NCBI RefSeq assembly: GCF_001447785.1
Contig: NW_015164189.1
Span: 1,022,332 to 1,086,331, forward strand
Direction: 5' to 3'
DNA length: 64,000 bases
From: Gekko japonicus
Taxonomy: Eukaryota
A program made the position numbers and the translations under genes. Positions 12,690 through 27,104 of this stretch are shown piece by piece. Below the pieces are notes generated by a model. The model was not told the origin of the DNA. It did not search any database and worked only from the letters and a program-made list of their open reading frames with translations. How positions within the stretch are numbered: position 1 is the first letter of the stretch; every line of letters starts with the position of its first letter.

Positions 12690-13560
12690 GCAGTATTTAT
12701 TTATTTACTTTTGTATTAAAAATACTACTACTCGATTATACAACAAATACCATAGCCATATGTTAACAAAACTTAACAATCGGGGAAAACCAAAATACAA
12801 ATGTATGAGAAGAAAAATGAAAAGTGTTTACAATTGTTATACATTTTACAGTTTTAATAAGGTGCTTTTGTAGCTTTATTGACTGTAACTGCAATATTTA
12901 TTAAATCACATCTTTCTGTAGACTCCTAGTATTGAATGGAATGAAGAGTTGAAAGAAGTAAATGAATTCCAAAAAGCATAAGTATTCACTCTCACTTGAT
13001 TTTTTAGTAATGTAATCTGATGTGTTAATTTTTTTCCATCAAAGCTATATTCCACAATCTCAACTGTGATTTTTGTTCTGGGTTTCCAGTTTTAAAATAT
13101 GATGGGTCTTACTATCAGTAAAAAGTTTTTAGAGAAGATATAAGAAATTGGTACATAAACTGTTATTAACAACACCACTTTTCAAGCAGGTGTTAAATTT
13201 AATTTCAAAGTTTGTTAATCTGGTATGTTAATTTACAAAAATATTTATTTTTTTTACAAATCTACCATATATGGAAGTGTGTACCTATATTATCATGGTA
13301 TCGCTAACATTACAAACAAAATGTTTTATATACTGAAGTTTTACTGATATAAAGTACCAAGGAATTTTTTCTTAACCTGACCAAAATTGATTTTAAGGGG
13401 GCCTTGCCCCCAAGACTTCCTAAAATTCTATTTCTTATCTCAAATCCATTTCCCTTTTTATAGTTTTAGTGAAATTCATAAATACTTCAAACCACCCTCT
13501 TTGAATTAGACTGGATCAAAAATTCAAAAGAAAAATTGCAAGTTCAGGTAGAGTTGCAAA
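12690..13560 (-). mobile_element. Ancient L1 ORF2 3' fragment
   Basis: AT-rich. Minus-strand remnant C..C....GTHFHIW*IC resembles the L1 C-terminal CCHC motif (compare 24180-24240). A short CR1 3' piece follows at about 13570-13705. Confidence 0.45.
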
Positions 13561-15066
13561 CTGCTGCACCCTATACTGCCATAGCACATAGCCACTGCTT
13601 AAAGACTGCCAGGGAGGGGGAGCTCACCACCTCTCTAGGCAGCTGATTTCACTGTTGCACGACTCTTACTGTAAAAATGTTTTTCCCGCCCTTAATTTAA
13701 ACCCAAAATTATTTACATTTAAACAAAGAAATTCTTTAAAACATTGTATGTATGCATTATATGTACTAATTATAATCTAATTCTGTAGATTGTTTTATAT
13801 AAAACACTATGTTTTTGAGTAAAATATTGTCTTTCATTTCACCCATTCTAAAAGAAGGGGGAATCATAGAAGTTTTTCATTGTTCCACAAAGATTTCAAA
13901 TTTTTGCATTGGAAGAATTGAAAAAAGCCTCAGACTTTTCTGCTATGCATTTTGAGTGAGAAAAAACCTTTAAAGGATTTCGTCCATTCTAAAAGAGAAT
14001 ATTTCATGGTTTTTAAAGCGTTCTCCCAACTTTTCCAGTTCCCCCCCCCAATTATAAAAGTTTAAAAGTCCCTGGAAAAAAGTGGGAGGTTTCCCCTCTG
14101 TATCTCCCCCTTCACTGTTTGAGTCCAGTTTTATCTTTATATTTTGTAGCTTCTTTTGAATATGGGTGTCTGACAGAGGCTTATCAGAAGAAAAAAGATC
14201 TACAAATCTATACAAGACACAGGATTCCCAGTTTTGGTATACTTATTTGGGTTCCAGTAGTTCAGTAATTACTCTTTTGTAAGTATAGTGCCCTGTATGT
14301 ACTTAGTGAATTTTTCTTTGCACTGAGCAATAAATCTGAAACCCTGATGTAACTGTTCATATGCTGCCTCAAAATTACTTCAGAATATCTGCCAGTGTCA
14401 GTCATGTTTCTTAACCTCAAAGGTTACATGCTTTTTTGTTGCATATATGCCAAACATGGGCACAGCTTGTGTAGAATTTTTCCTTAGTAAGGGTCAAATA
14501 ATCTAGTGCATTAGGAATTTTCAGCAAAGCATTCTACTACAATAAGTGACTCAATAGCAGTTGTTTGTACTTTCATAAAGGAAGTGTCAATTCCTGATTT
14601 CTCATCACTTTGTCTGTGGGGATTTGGAAAGTCAGTGTTTACTTCCCTGTGGCATAAAGCAGATAGTAGTTTCAATTTTCTTTAATACTTTTCAGCATAA
14701 ACAGGCTTTTACCAGTTAGCCACTAGGTTGGAGCCACAAACACACACAATGCCACCCACACCAGCCTGCCCTTTCCCAGGGTCTGCTCATTTCCCAGTGA
14801 CCCAAGGTCTGCTCATTGCCAGACACAGGCCAAACAATACTACCAGGCAGAGCTACCCTTCACTCTGCTCTTTTACTAAGCCAGACCTGAGCTCTCACTG
14901 CTCTCTTGCTGAGGCAGATCTGAACTCAACTCTTGCTTTGTTTCCCTCAAATTTTCCACCACCCCCCCTTCTCAAAGGTTATTGGATGCTGGAGCAGCAT
15001 TCCCATAGGCTCAAGCAAGTGACTGTTTTCCCCATCAGGGGCCGGGACAGCTTTCTGTCTGTCACA

Positions 15067-16270
15067 GCTCCTCCTGGACCTCTCTGCAGTCTTTGACACA
15101 GTACATCATGCAGTCTTATCCCGCATGTTATTCAAACTCTGTGTAAAGCCTTTAGGAGAAATTATTCAAAGTTCTTGAATTGGATGTTATCAATATCTGG
15201 ATGACACCCAGCTTTGCTTCTCTCTGTTTAAATCTTCTGGTGTTGCAGTAGAAGTCTTGAGCTGCTGCCTGACTGTTGTGGTCAAATGGCTGAAAGAAAA
15301 TAAATTGAAACTGAACTAAGACCAAGAGGGAAGTGGTGCTGGTTAGGAAGGCAGATGCTTTGAAGGACAGCATGCTTCTCACTTTTGATGTGGTCCAGGT
15401 GACTCTTGCTGACTCAGTTAAGAGCCTTGGGGTTATGCTGGATACAACTTTAAACCTGGAGGAGCAAGTAAATGCAGCTGCAAGAAACACTTTCTTCCAA
15501 TTCATTCTGGCCTGCAAGATGGCCCCCCCCTCCCTTGACTTGGCCAACCTAGTGACCTGAATCCACGCCATGGTAACGTTGAGACGGGTCTGCTGTTAAC
15601 ACACTCTACATCGGTCTCCTCTTGGTTGATTAGGAGATTCCAGTTAGTACAGAACACCATGCTAGATTATTATTGGGAGCTGGGTGGAGCAAGCATATCA
15701 GTCCCATTCTGCAGTTACTCCACTGACTGCCCATTGGTTACTGGCCTCCATTCAAGGTATTGATTATCACATAGAAAGGCCTTCCTGGCCTTGGCCCCTC
15801 ATATCTGCAGGACTGCCTCCCTGTGCTCTGCCATGACAGCTTCACTTATCTCGGGAGGGCCTTCTGCAGGCACCGCCCTGCAAATGGGCGAAATCCATAA
15901 CCCCACTCCTGGCTTTCCTCGACCTGTGGAAGATGGAATCATTCAAGAGGGCTTTTTTGCACAGCTAATAGAACTGTACTGTAATGTAATAGTTCAGAAT
16001 GTTGCATTAGTAAAGGAATAGGGTCTGTTATCTGCATTGCTGCCTTTCATTGTAAGTGTGCTCCAACTATGTAGTTTCTGCACTATTTAATGTGTCATGT
16101 TTAAATGCCTATGCTTTGTTTCAGCTCTTTTTTAGATTTCTAATTGTTTTCAGATTTCAGTAGTCCAAATATTATTGCCCTATTCATTGGATGTCCCATC
16201 CTGTTGATTGTATTTGGTTGTACTATGTAATCCACCTTGAGTCTTACTGAAAAGCGTGGATTATAAATAA
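15067..16270 (+). mobile_element. Older L2 LINE fragment
   Basis: LLLDLSAVFDTV, ...DDTQL and VKSLGVMLDTTLNLEEQVNAAARNTFF remnants; ends in a TAAATAA tail. Confidence 0.8.
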
Positions 16271-18663
16271 CCGAAATAAGAGTTTGGGGCAATCCTCTGT
16301 GTGTTTACTCAAATGTACATCCTTCCGTGGTCCATAGGACCAGGTGAACATGCATCTTTGTGTGTTATACAGACAGCATGACTGTTGCCGCAAAACGAGT
16401 ATTGCTTATACATAAGGTTGCTGTAATGTTTGAGAGGCTCACGGTGTGGGTTTGCCATATCATATGAAATATATGAAGTGAGTCGAATGTAATCTTATTG
16501 GCCATATCAAAATCTACTCAAATAAAGACAATATAATATGATACATCTTTGATATGTGATATGTCTACAATAATGTTCTTATTCCATTTATAATACAAGC
16601 TAATGTATTAATGATAATAAGATAGATTTTGAAATGTTAATATATTAATGAAATATTAAATTCATTCACTTTATTAATTTCTGTCTATTCATAAATACTT
16701 TTATATTCTCTCCCTCACATATTATGCTTGCTCTGTATGTTGGTCTTAAGACCATAATGATAAAATTAAACTAAACTTTTATATCAGTGAAATGAACACA
16801 AGTTCATATATAGTGCAAAAAAGCTCACAGTCGCACTGGGTCAACAAGAAGAAATCTATTTGATATGTGACTATTTTGTTCCTTTGTAGGGTCCAGCCTC
16901 AACTGTGTCACATAGAAACAGACTGAGGGGCATCTGGATATGTCCGCGTTCCTGAAAATTTCTTCTTGTTGACCCAGTAGGACTGTGAGCCTTTTTGCTC
17001 TAATGTCCCCCTGGCCACTGGGCATCCTTTAAGCCCTTTCCAGCTATTCTGGCAATACCAAAGATGCTGAGGAAACCAAGACAAGAAAAATCTTGATCTG
17101 CATAGCCTTCAATTGGCTGTTCAGACTCTGTTTTTCAGCATTAGTGGAGTTATCAATAGAAAATCCTTGGCAGATTCCAATAACAGCTTCCTTGAGCAAT
17201 CTAGCTTTATTCTCCTCCCTTGAGCTATTTATTTTCCTTCCTTGAGCTATCTAGCTTTATTTTCTTCCATATATAGTCCTGGATTTAATGAACTGGGTGG
17301 AATTCCATGCCTCTGTGTTTTTCTTCTCATTACAATCCTGTTAAATACATGCTGCTGAGTAAAGATATAAAGTTGAGGGGGGGGGAAATAATGGGAATGG
17401 TTTGTCCATGCCCCCCCAAAGCTTTTTCAATAGAAAATGGAAATTTTGAGGGGTACTGGAAAAAAAGTATTTGAAACAGTTTCTCTTTTCTGCCTTTCAT
17501 CTTCTTTCCTCTCTCTGCCTCCTTCTACCTACTATTCCACCATTTTGATCTATTTGTCTTTTGTACCTTGCTCCATTCTAGCTTTTCTTCCTGCCACTAT
17601 CTTTCTCCTTCCTTTTTCCTGACTGCCTCCCCTTGAGGTTCTAAATGAAACTATGGTAGCTATTTTGGATTACATTGGTGACCCCAGACTTGCCTCTGCT
17701 TACCTAGGCAATCCAAAATGGCTGCCACAGTCTGATAGGTAGTCCCCTGAGATGATCTTGTTTGTAAATATTGTTTTATATCTTCCTTTTTAATTTAAGA
17801 TTTTTTGGTAAACCAGAATTTCCCCCAGGTTTGTAGGGACACATCTGTATCTGTACTTTCTGTATCTGAGTCCACAGCTTTCTGTATCTGACTCCATTGT
17901 GCAGATGTTTTGATATGCACATTGGGGCCAGGTTCAGAATCACATCTCTAGAGAAGTTGGGGACCTGCAGGCTTTTTGGGGGGGCAATCCCATCTGACCC
18001 ACCTTTAGCTTGTTTCTTCTTTGCCCATGGTTGCTGACTTTCTCTCCACTCCCTGGTCACGGCATTCTCCCTTTTACCACACTCTCCCCTGTAGACCCCA
18101 GTTTTCTCCCTTGTCTTCTTCATTCTGCTGCCACTTTCTCTTTCCACAGCTCTCCTATAGGCCAGGCACCCAGTCAGCTGGTTGGCGGGAGGGCAGCTTT
18201 CTGCTCCCAGGCTGCTGTGTGCCAGCCTGCTGATGGGGGTGGTGGTGGTAGAGGGGAAAGCATAATGAGTGGTGGGTGGCTCCAAACAAGCATTGCTGCT
18301 GCCCCCTTCCCTTCCAGCCTTTTTCACCTCCTGGCTGTCATCGAACTACTTTCTCCTCCATGCTTTTGTTAATTGTCTGTTGTCATGCCGACCATGATCT
18401 TGCAGTTGCAGACCTTGCTTCTTTGGTCTTGGGGCTTCAAACTCCCAGCTTTTAAAAATGTAATTTTTGTGCAACTTTTAGCGTTCTTCTGGGATTGTCA
18501 AAAAATTATCTGTCTGAACACGGCCCCATTTTACAGATTTTTTTTTAAAAAAATTGCATTCTGGCCATTATAGGACATTCTTCTGAATACTGTAGACCTG
18601 TAGAATGTGTTTTCAAGGATATGATTTGTTGTATAACCAATATACTGTAATATGTTTATAATA

Positions 18664-18800
18664 CCCTGTTTCCCCAAAAATAAGACCTACCCAAAAAATA
18701 AGCCCTAGCAGGATTTCTATGCATTTGTGGTATAAGCCCTAGTGTGTCTTCTTGAGAAAAAATAAATATAAGACAGTGTCTTATTTTCGGGGAAACACGG
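18664..18800. mobile_element. Tc1/mariner-type (pogo/Tigger-like) MITE, copy 1
   Basis: TA TSDs; TIRs CCCTGTTTCCCCAAAAATAAGAC and GTCTTATTTTCGGGGAAACACGG; near-identical copy at 41622-41759. Confidence 0.9.
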
Positions 18801-20283
18801 TAGTGAACCCTTAAGTATAGTGTATTATCAAGTAGTATGCAGATATGCTTCTAGGTTTGTTGTGATTGTATGAGATTATTTCTGTTGTTTTGTACTCTGC
18901 AAAGTTTCGTGCTTTCTATTTTTCCTACCTCTTAGGTGGCCCGAAGGCATATATACTGCATTAAGATAACAAAGCGATACTGATGTTCGTAGCTCCCTGT
19001 CTAGGATTTGGAATTTTTCTTGTAGAAAATTAAGGTGTTTATACTTTTTAATGCCATAAATATGCCAAATAGTACAATTTTATATGCTAATGAAGGTATA
19101 AATAATGCTTTTTATAGTGGCAGTAAAATGTTAAGGGTTGATAGGAAAGTGTGTATATGTCAGTTTTTCCAGAAGCTCCTTCCCCCATTTTTTTTACACT
19201 TCTAGTTTTGAGGACCCTGTATAATGGAGTGGTTGTGACCCCAAGGTCTGCAGAAGGAAGGGGCAAATCAGTCAAAATCTGGGACCCTGCTGAGCTTCCG
19301 GTCGGGGGAAAATGGCGAATTGACGCAACCTGTGAATGAGCGGAGTGGGCGACGGCTCCTTCTGACAGTTTGGGCCTATTCCAGCCCAACGTAGCAGCCC
19401 CCAGGCAGGGGGTCTGTCAAGCAAGCAGCGGTGCCCAAGGGGGAGTTGAGATCGACGTGATCAAGACTCGGAAGAGGCTTGTGTCATGCTTTGATCTCCT
19501 TCCACGAAGCGGGCGTATACGAATCAGCACTTCAGGAGCCGATCGAGCTGGAATACCAGCATAAATCCGTTGTTACCCGATCTCTTGAAATCAAGGAACG
19601 ATAAGAACTTTAAAGAAGCAATGCGAAACCCGCGATAAACATGCAAGCTAACAAAGTTGTATAGCTTACCGGAATCAAGTTGTGACGAGTTCTGAAGCAA
19701 GCGGTTGAGCTTATAAAAACTTTTTAAATCTCTTTGACCCATTTGCAAAAGATAGAACTTTCTTTAAACGCTTTAAAAACGGGAAAAATAACTTTGTTTA
19801 ACATTCCTGCGGCCAGAAAGAGATAAATGGTGGTCTAAGATCTCGAAACAGCTGTGAAAGATGGCGAGAGGGAGGAGGAAGGTGTTGCATTAAAGAAGTC
19901 CCGGCTGGCATCGTGCACTGGAGAGGCTAGAGAGGTATCGAAAGGTTCCTGAAGACCGGAAGGTAATCGGTAGGGAAAAAGGCTTACATCGGAAGTTTGA
20001 ATAAGCGGTTGCACAGGAAGAAGCAAGGTAAAGAATGTGCCTACTCTAGCCAAAATTCCATAGAGAAATTGTGCCCAACATTTTGAGGAGGACTAAAAAG
20101 TTTAATTTCATTTTTAAGCGCATAACTAAAGTTAAGAAGTGCAAAAGTAAGGCGATTTGACTAAGCACATAGAAAGGACTTGGCCATTATAAAAATTTAC
20201 TTTTGCAGCAAATTTTTTGAGAGAAAATTTTCAAAACGGATCTAAGGCAGAGGCAAAGGGCTGCGTCTACATCTAGCCCCAAG

Positions 20284-21092
20284 ATGTTGGGAAAAGACAA
20301 AAAAGAATGGCAGGCGGCAATGGAAGCAATGGAGAAGAGAATGACAGAAGCGATCCAAGCATTGGGAAAACACATGGAACAGCAAATTGTACACCTGGAA
20401 GAAGTACAAGAAAAGAACATGGCAGCAATTAAAGAATTAGTTACATCTGAAGTAACAGAGGTTAAGAAAGAATTGGTTGAGGTAAAGAAAGAAGTTCAAG
20501 GTCTGGCAACAGTGACATCAGAATTGGAGCAAAAAGTGCAACATATTGACAAGAAACAAGAATTATCAGCACAAGAAAATCAAAGGGTGGAGACTATGAT
20601 GGAGTACAGAGGAATGCAAAACCATCTGAGACTAAGAGGAATTGAAGAAAAGCTGGAAGAGGATATAAGAGAAGTGGTGAAAACCGCATTAACAGAGTAC
20701 TTGGGAGGTGAAGACGGAGAGATGGAATTTGGATTTGATTTAATTTACAGAGTTAACTCAAGATATGCAGAGAAGAAAAATCTACCTAGAGATGTGATTG
20801 TGCAACTGGTCACGAAGAAAATAAAAGAAGATATTTTAAAAAACAATTTACAAAACCACTGGAGATTGATGGCAAACAGATAATAATGAGAGAACTTCCA
20901 AGGGTGATTTTGCAGGAAAGAAGGAAATATAAGAAACTGGCAGATAAATTAAAACAACTTGAAATTAGGTTCAGATGGGAAATACCACAAGGTCTGTCCT
21001 TTACCTATCAAGGATCAAGATATGTTATTAAAAATGTGGAAGAAATGTATAGGTTTAAGGCGGACAATATTGAAGAATTTGGAGAGATATAA
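20284..21092 (+). pseudogene. L1 ORF1p (coiled coil, RRM, CTD), one frameshift near 20850
   Basis: Heptad-rich N-terminus, LRLRGIEE, LPRDVIVQ, RFRWEIPQGLSF. Confidence 0.88.
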
Positions 21093-21103
21093 AACAAGAC
21101 ACT

Positions 21104-24100
21104 ATGGATTACAAATTTTTATCTTGGAATGTAAATGGACTCAATTCGCCTAACAAAAGAAAAGTAGTTAAACATTGGTTAGAAAAACAAAAATGTAACA
21201 TAATTTGTCTGCAGGAAACACATATCAAAAAGCAGGACAAAAAATTAGGAGAGGGATTTTTTTCGTTGGCTTCCAAAAAGAAGAAAGGAACTGTGATCTA
21301 TGTTAATAAAGACTTGCAACCAAAAGAAATACTTAAAGACACTGAGGGAAGATACATTGGAGTGGAAATTTTCATGCACCAAAAGAAGACATTAATAATC
21401 AACATATATGCACCTAACAGTGCGAAAGAGAGCTTTTTTAAGGACTTGGCAAGGCAGCTTGAACAACTGACATATGAACAGGTAATATTGGCGGGAGACT
21501 TCAATGGCACAGTAAACAACAAGTTGGATCGACAATCAAAAAAAGGAGATGAGAAAATTGGAAAATTGCCGAAAACTTTCTTTGATTTGGTAGAACAAGA
21601 AAAATTGGAAGATGTTTGGAGAAAATTGAATATTAATATTAAAGACTTATTTTTTTATTCCAACAGACATTGTTTTTCCCCCAGAATTGACATGATTTGG
21701 ATGTTGGGTGAATTGGCGTTGAAAACACAGAAGGTAGAAATACTACCAAGGTGTAATTCAGACCACAACCCAATGATTTGGATGTCAAAAGAGAAATTTA
21801 AACAATTTTAATGGAGAATTAACGAGGACTTAGACAAGATGCAGATCATAGAGAAATTACGCAAAGAAACTCTGATTTTTTACCAGACGAATGTAAAAGA
21901 GAAAAAAGAAAAAATGAGCAGGCAGATGGAAGTATTAGAGAAAATCCAACAGAAAGAGAGTTAAAGAAAAAGCCTGGAAAAAAGAAGATAATCAAAGAAC
22001 TACGTGAACAATTAAATGAGATCTCAAATCAGGAAATGTATTGGAATTTAAAGAAATTGCAACAGAAATCTTTTGAAGGAGCAAATAAACCTGGAAAGTT
22101 TTTGACAAGGCAACTGAAAAATTGAAAAGAGAGAAGGTTGATTAATAAAATAGTAGATGATAACAACGAAATTGTAGATTCTAATGGGCTTAAAAGAGTA
22201 TTTTATAAATATTATGCAAAACTGTTTCAAAAAAGGAATGTAGATCCGGAAAAAATTAAAAAATATTTGCAAGAAGTGCAGTTGCCAAAGATCCTGGAAA
22301 ATAGTAAAGAAGTATTGAATGGTGTAAGTCAACAAGAGAAAATAATTAAGGCGATAGAGGATACAAAGTTGGGGAAAGCTCCGGGACCAGACGGATTTAC
22401 TGCAAAGTTTTATAAGAAATTAAAAGAGGAGCTAACACCAATTTTTGGACTTCTATCTAACGAGATGAGGGAAACTAAAACAATACCAGAAACGTGGAAA
22501 GAAGCCAATATATCACTAATACCAAAAGAAGGCCAAGACCTAACAAATGTGAAAAACTACAGACCGATCTCTCTCCTTAACAATGACTACAAGGTATTTG
22601 CTAAAATAATTTCTGAAAGAGTAAAGAAATATTTAAAAGATGCTATTGCAGAAGAGCAAGCGGGTTTTTTGCCGAATAGACAAATCAGAGATAATTTAAG
22701 AATGGTGATCGATGCAGTAGAATATTACGACAAGCATCCCGAAAAAGAAGTTGCTTTTTTATTTGTAGATGCTGAAAAAGCCTTCAATAATTTAAATTGG
22801 GATTTTATGTTTCAAGTATTAGAAAAAATGGACATTGGTCAACCCTTTATAAATATTATTAAGGCAATATATTCGGATCAAAAAGCCGCATTGAATGTGA
22901 ATAAAGAACTTCTTATTTTAAAGTACAAAAGGGAACAAAGCAGGGTTGTCCGTTATCCCCATTATTGTTTATATGGATTTTGGAAGTACTGTTGGGGAAG
23001 ATAAGAGAAGATAAAGATATAAAAGGTTTGAATATCAAAGGCTATTCGTACAAATACTGAGCGTTTGCAGATGATGTGATGTTTTTAATAGAAAACCCAA
23101 ATGACGATCTACCGCTATTGATACAAAGAATAAAGGACTTTGGAGATTTGGCGGGATTTTGTGTCAACAAGAGTAAGACAAAAGTGTTATGTAAGAATCT
23201 GACAAAAGAGAGGCAAGCTGAATTCCAAGAACAATTACAATGTGAAGTAGTCAAGAAGGTGAAGTATCTGGGAATCGATTTGACAATGAAAAATATAGAT
23301 CTCTATAAGAATAATTATGAGAAACTTTGGACAAAAATCCAACAAGACTTGAAAAAATGGGACACTATGAATTTGTCGTTGTTGGGAAGAATATCGGTGG
23401 TTAAGATGAACGTTTTACCTCGTTTGATGTTTTTATTTCAAACCATTCCGGTATTGAAGGAAATAAAAGTGTTAAATCAGTGGCAAAAAGAGATTTCGAA
23501 GTTTGTTTGGGCAGGAAGAAAACTGAGGATCAAAATGAAAATTCTTTGTGACGCAAAAGAAAGAGGAGGTTTCCAGTTACCGAACATTAGACTTTATTAT
23601 TTTCAATTTTTCAAGCATCACTTTATAAGAAGAGCATTATTTGAGACTTGGTTTTGATATAGAAGATTTTTCTATGAAGCAAGACCACTTTGGATTGTAC
23701 CTGCAGAGGTAATTACACCATATTCAAGACATAAAGGTGAAGATTGGCTACCATATAGAGACATTTTGAAAATAGAAGGGAAAGACTTTGTGATGAGAAA
23801 AAGAGAGGAATCTAGACTTTGAGTATGATTGGCTAAATTATGTACAGATTGTAGATTTATTCAGATCTGATAAAAAAGGTATGGCTTTAGGGAAGAAAGA
23901 AATGAAATAGAATCTGTATGGGAGGTAAAAGGGAAAAAATGATATCAAATCTTTATAAGGTTTTGTTAAAATGGTTTACAGAGGATGAATCAGTAAAAGA
24001 ACAAATGATTAAATGGGCAGTAAATATGAATAAGGAGGTGACTATGTCATCTTGGGAATACTTATGGAAAAATTCAGTTAAGATATCAACATGTACTAAT

Positions 24101-24615
24101 GTTAAATAAAATTGTTATAAAATGATGTATAGGTGGTATATGACTCCAAAAAAAATAGCAGTTATGAATGAAAATATGTCTAGCAAATGTTGGAAATGTA
24201 AAAAAAAAAAAGCTCTTTTTATCATATGTGGTGGACTTGTGATAAAGCTATGACTTTTTGGACAGATGTTCATGATGAGATGCAAAAAATTTTGAAATGT
24301 ACTTTTAAAAAAGAACCGGAGATACTACTTCTAGGTCTAAAGATGGAAGAAGTAAATGTAGCAAAAAAGACTTTGTTGTGGTACTTAATTACCACAGCGA
24401 GAATGACTTATGCACAATCTTGGAAGCACGACAGAATGCCTGACAAATGGGAATGGATACAGAAAGTCCTATTTATGGCAGAAATGGACAAACTAACAAA
24501 GAAATTGAATAATAAAGAAAACAAAGATTTTTTTGAAGAATGGAAAGATTTTAAAGAATATTTAGAAAATAACTGGGACGTTAAAAATACTTTACTTTGT
24601 TTGGATAATTATTAA
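21104..24615 (+). pseudogene. L1 ORF2p (APE endonuclease, RT, CCHC) with several stops and frameshifts
   Basis: SWNVNGLN, LQETH, GDFN and SDH (endonuclease); KAPGPDGF, YRPISLLN and AFADD (RT); CWKC...HMWWTC. Confidence 0.92.
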
Positions 24616-24662
24616 GCGTTGAAAAATAGAAAGGTCTGAAATGTATAAAGTAAGATTGTTAC

Positions 24663-25419
24663 TGTGACGACCTCTTATTTGGGGAGGTCTGGTTTTACTT
24701 TAAAATGTTCTTATGTTTTTGCTCTCAGGGTAATCTCGCCGCCACCAGGAAAATTTAATGCTTTCCACACCTTTATACTAATACATTTCTTCTTCTGGTT
24801 TGGTATTGTGGCACGGGGTCTAGGCCTTTCGAGGAACTATGTGTTTCCTGGGAAGAATTTCGTTCAGAACTTGTATCTTAAATAAAAGTAGATTTATTTG
24901 ATGTTCATACACTCTTCCCTCTTATTGACAGGGATCAGGGCATGTCACTTTGTCACAATATTTTCCTTAGGCCATATATGGTTACTGTTTCTTTATGCTT
25001 TAACCTTTCATAACACACACAAGACTGAGTCTCCTTCAACTCAGAGACAGAACTGACTAACTGCTTAACACAGAGACTTTTACTTTTATATTCCACACAG
25101 GAACCTCTCACACAGAGAACCCAGGATAAAACTCATATTAACTCTTTTTACACAGCACACACTGCTCTGACTAACTGTTTAACTCCACAGTCATCTCACT
25201 AACTCTCTCTCAACTGTCATCATAAACTGTCTAAACTCTAACAGTCACTCCTGATAGACATTCAAATCATCCACACAGCATCCATTCCAAAAACCTCTCC
25301 CCCTCTCTGTCACTCACCAATCACACAACTTGCCTGTTTCAGCATTCTAGATTGTCCCACACAGCAATATAAACCAAACTTTTAAAGACATACACACACA
25401 AAAACATGAAATCGTTACA
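24663..25419 (-). mobile_element. Solo LTR (757 bp) inserted in the L1 3' UTR
   Basis: Termini TGTGACGA...TCGTTACA (imperfect TIR); 5-bp TSD GTTAC (24658-24662 and 25420-25424). Orientation is inferred from minus-strand TATAAAA (about 25085) and AATAAA (about 24895). Confidence 0.88.
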
Positions 25420-25813
25420 GTTACCTTGAAACGTAAAATGAAAATGGGAAAGAAAATGGAATTATATAAGGAGAGGGGGGGGAGGAGCATTGCGGGAAGC
25501 CACCAAAAAGGGGGGGGGGAGGAGATAAAAGAAATGGATATGGAATTAAAGAAATGTAATGTAATGTTGAATATGTTATATCCAAAATACTGGTTCAAGG
25601 TCACCCTGCTGGTTCAAGGTCACTTTTGGATCTCAGGCATAAGTAGATGTGGCATGGTTTTGGGTACACCATAGTTTAGTTTATGCGACTCAGGTGTGTA
25701 TTTTTCCACTACAGGTTGATCTTGCTTCAGGACAGTAAATGAACTAGATGACTTTTGCAGCCTTTTAGATTTGAGCTTTTTGAGGAGCTGCTAATGCCTC
25801 ATGGGCAACATGA

Positions 25814-25886
25814 TGATACTTCTGTTGCAGAAGCCATGGCTGCTGCTGCTGATACTTCTGTTGCAGAAGCCATGGCTGCTGCTGCT
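25814..25886. repeat. Perfect 36-bp tandem duplication
   Basis: TGATACTTCTGTTGCAGAAGCCATGGCTGCTGCTGC occurs twice. Confidence 0.9.
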
Positions 25887-27104
25887 TGGACGGCAGTCAC
25901 TTGGTTTTGCCAGCTTTCTTTAAAATCTGTATGTTGGCAAATACATTCATTTCTGAGAGATAAGCATAGCTCATACTTTGGGTGCTGCCTAGGCATTTAA
26001 AGACAGGGTATATTGGTAATTCCTAAAAGGGATTCTTTCAGTTGGAATATTGAGAAAATATAGATCTAACTTTAGAGGATGTATGTGTAGTATTGCCAGA
26101 GGATGTGCTATTTTGGAGTTCACATACCTGAGTATTGACTGGTGATCTGATGTCTGAATTTCAACAACTTCATGCTCATGGGAATACTTTTAATAATAAA
26201 GCCAAGAACTGATTCCCATCCCTGCATTGCATAACTATACATTCTTAGTGAAGGAAGTAGGTCTCTTTTCCACATTCTACCCTTGAATTTTTTACAAGAA
26301 AGTTCAAACAAAATACAACCGCCTCCATCAGGAAACCTTATATCGTTTCCATTTGAGATTAAAATGCAAAACAGCCTGTCTAACTACAGCCACCTTTTCA
26401 GAACTAGCACAGTAGGCTAAATTGAGTACAGATAGAACTGTATTTTAAGGCCATGGGTTGGGCTGGCAGTGCATTTGAGTGTGTCTCTAAATGAAACCAC
26501 CTGTATGCCACAATTTTATTTTATCTTCTTTCTGAGTTCTGGGTGGTGTACAGCAGGCATTGGCAATTCTGGGTGCGCTGTCATAATTACAACCTGAAGC
26601 TGACTCCTCAGTGGCTCTTTTGTTACGAGGGCCAGATCTGACATAAATGTCACTCTGTCTGGCCAGGCCATGTGTGCCATAAAATGCAGTGCTAGATACT
26701 GGAGATACAGCCTTTATAAAGGACACTGGCAAACCCAGTTAATGATGATATTTTTACTCAAAATACAAACATGCTTAAAACATTGATCCTCTTACAGTTA
26801 TTTCCTTTATTTAATGTTCTGTGATAACTTACACCTCTTGTTCTGAATTACTGTATTAAAAAATGGAGCCTTTTTACACATTTGCTCAGGGGAATGCACT
26901 GCTGGCCAAGGGAAAGGCACTCTGCACCACCCTGGTTTCTGCCCATCAGAGAAAGAAGGGCAGGGGGCAAGCCACCCAACAGCACTGCAGCCATACCCCC
27001 CATTTATGACCCTCTCTCCTGGAAAAAGGACCCCCCTTTCTGGTGAAGTTGGATTATAGCCACATGAATGCACAGAACAACCATAGAACACAGAATAACT
27101 ATTA

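Larger units (their letters stand above)
19292..25590 (+). mobile_element. Near full-length L1 LINE, inactivated
   Basis: CpG-rich 5' UTR starting GAGCTTCCGG...AAAATGGCG; ORF1 at 20284-21092; ORF2 at 21104-24615; G-rich 3' UTR at about 25470-25525. Confidence 0.93.

Noticed and set aside
14648-15066. Possible solo LTR (TGTGGCA…TGTCACA)
   Set aside because: No convincing TSD and an uncertain left boundary.
25814-25886. CRISPR-like 36-bp repeat
   Set aside because: Two adjacent copies with no spacer, in a eukaryotic intron.
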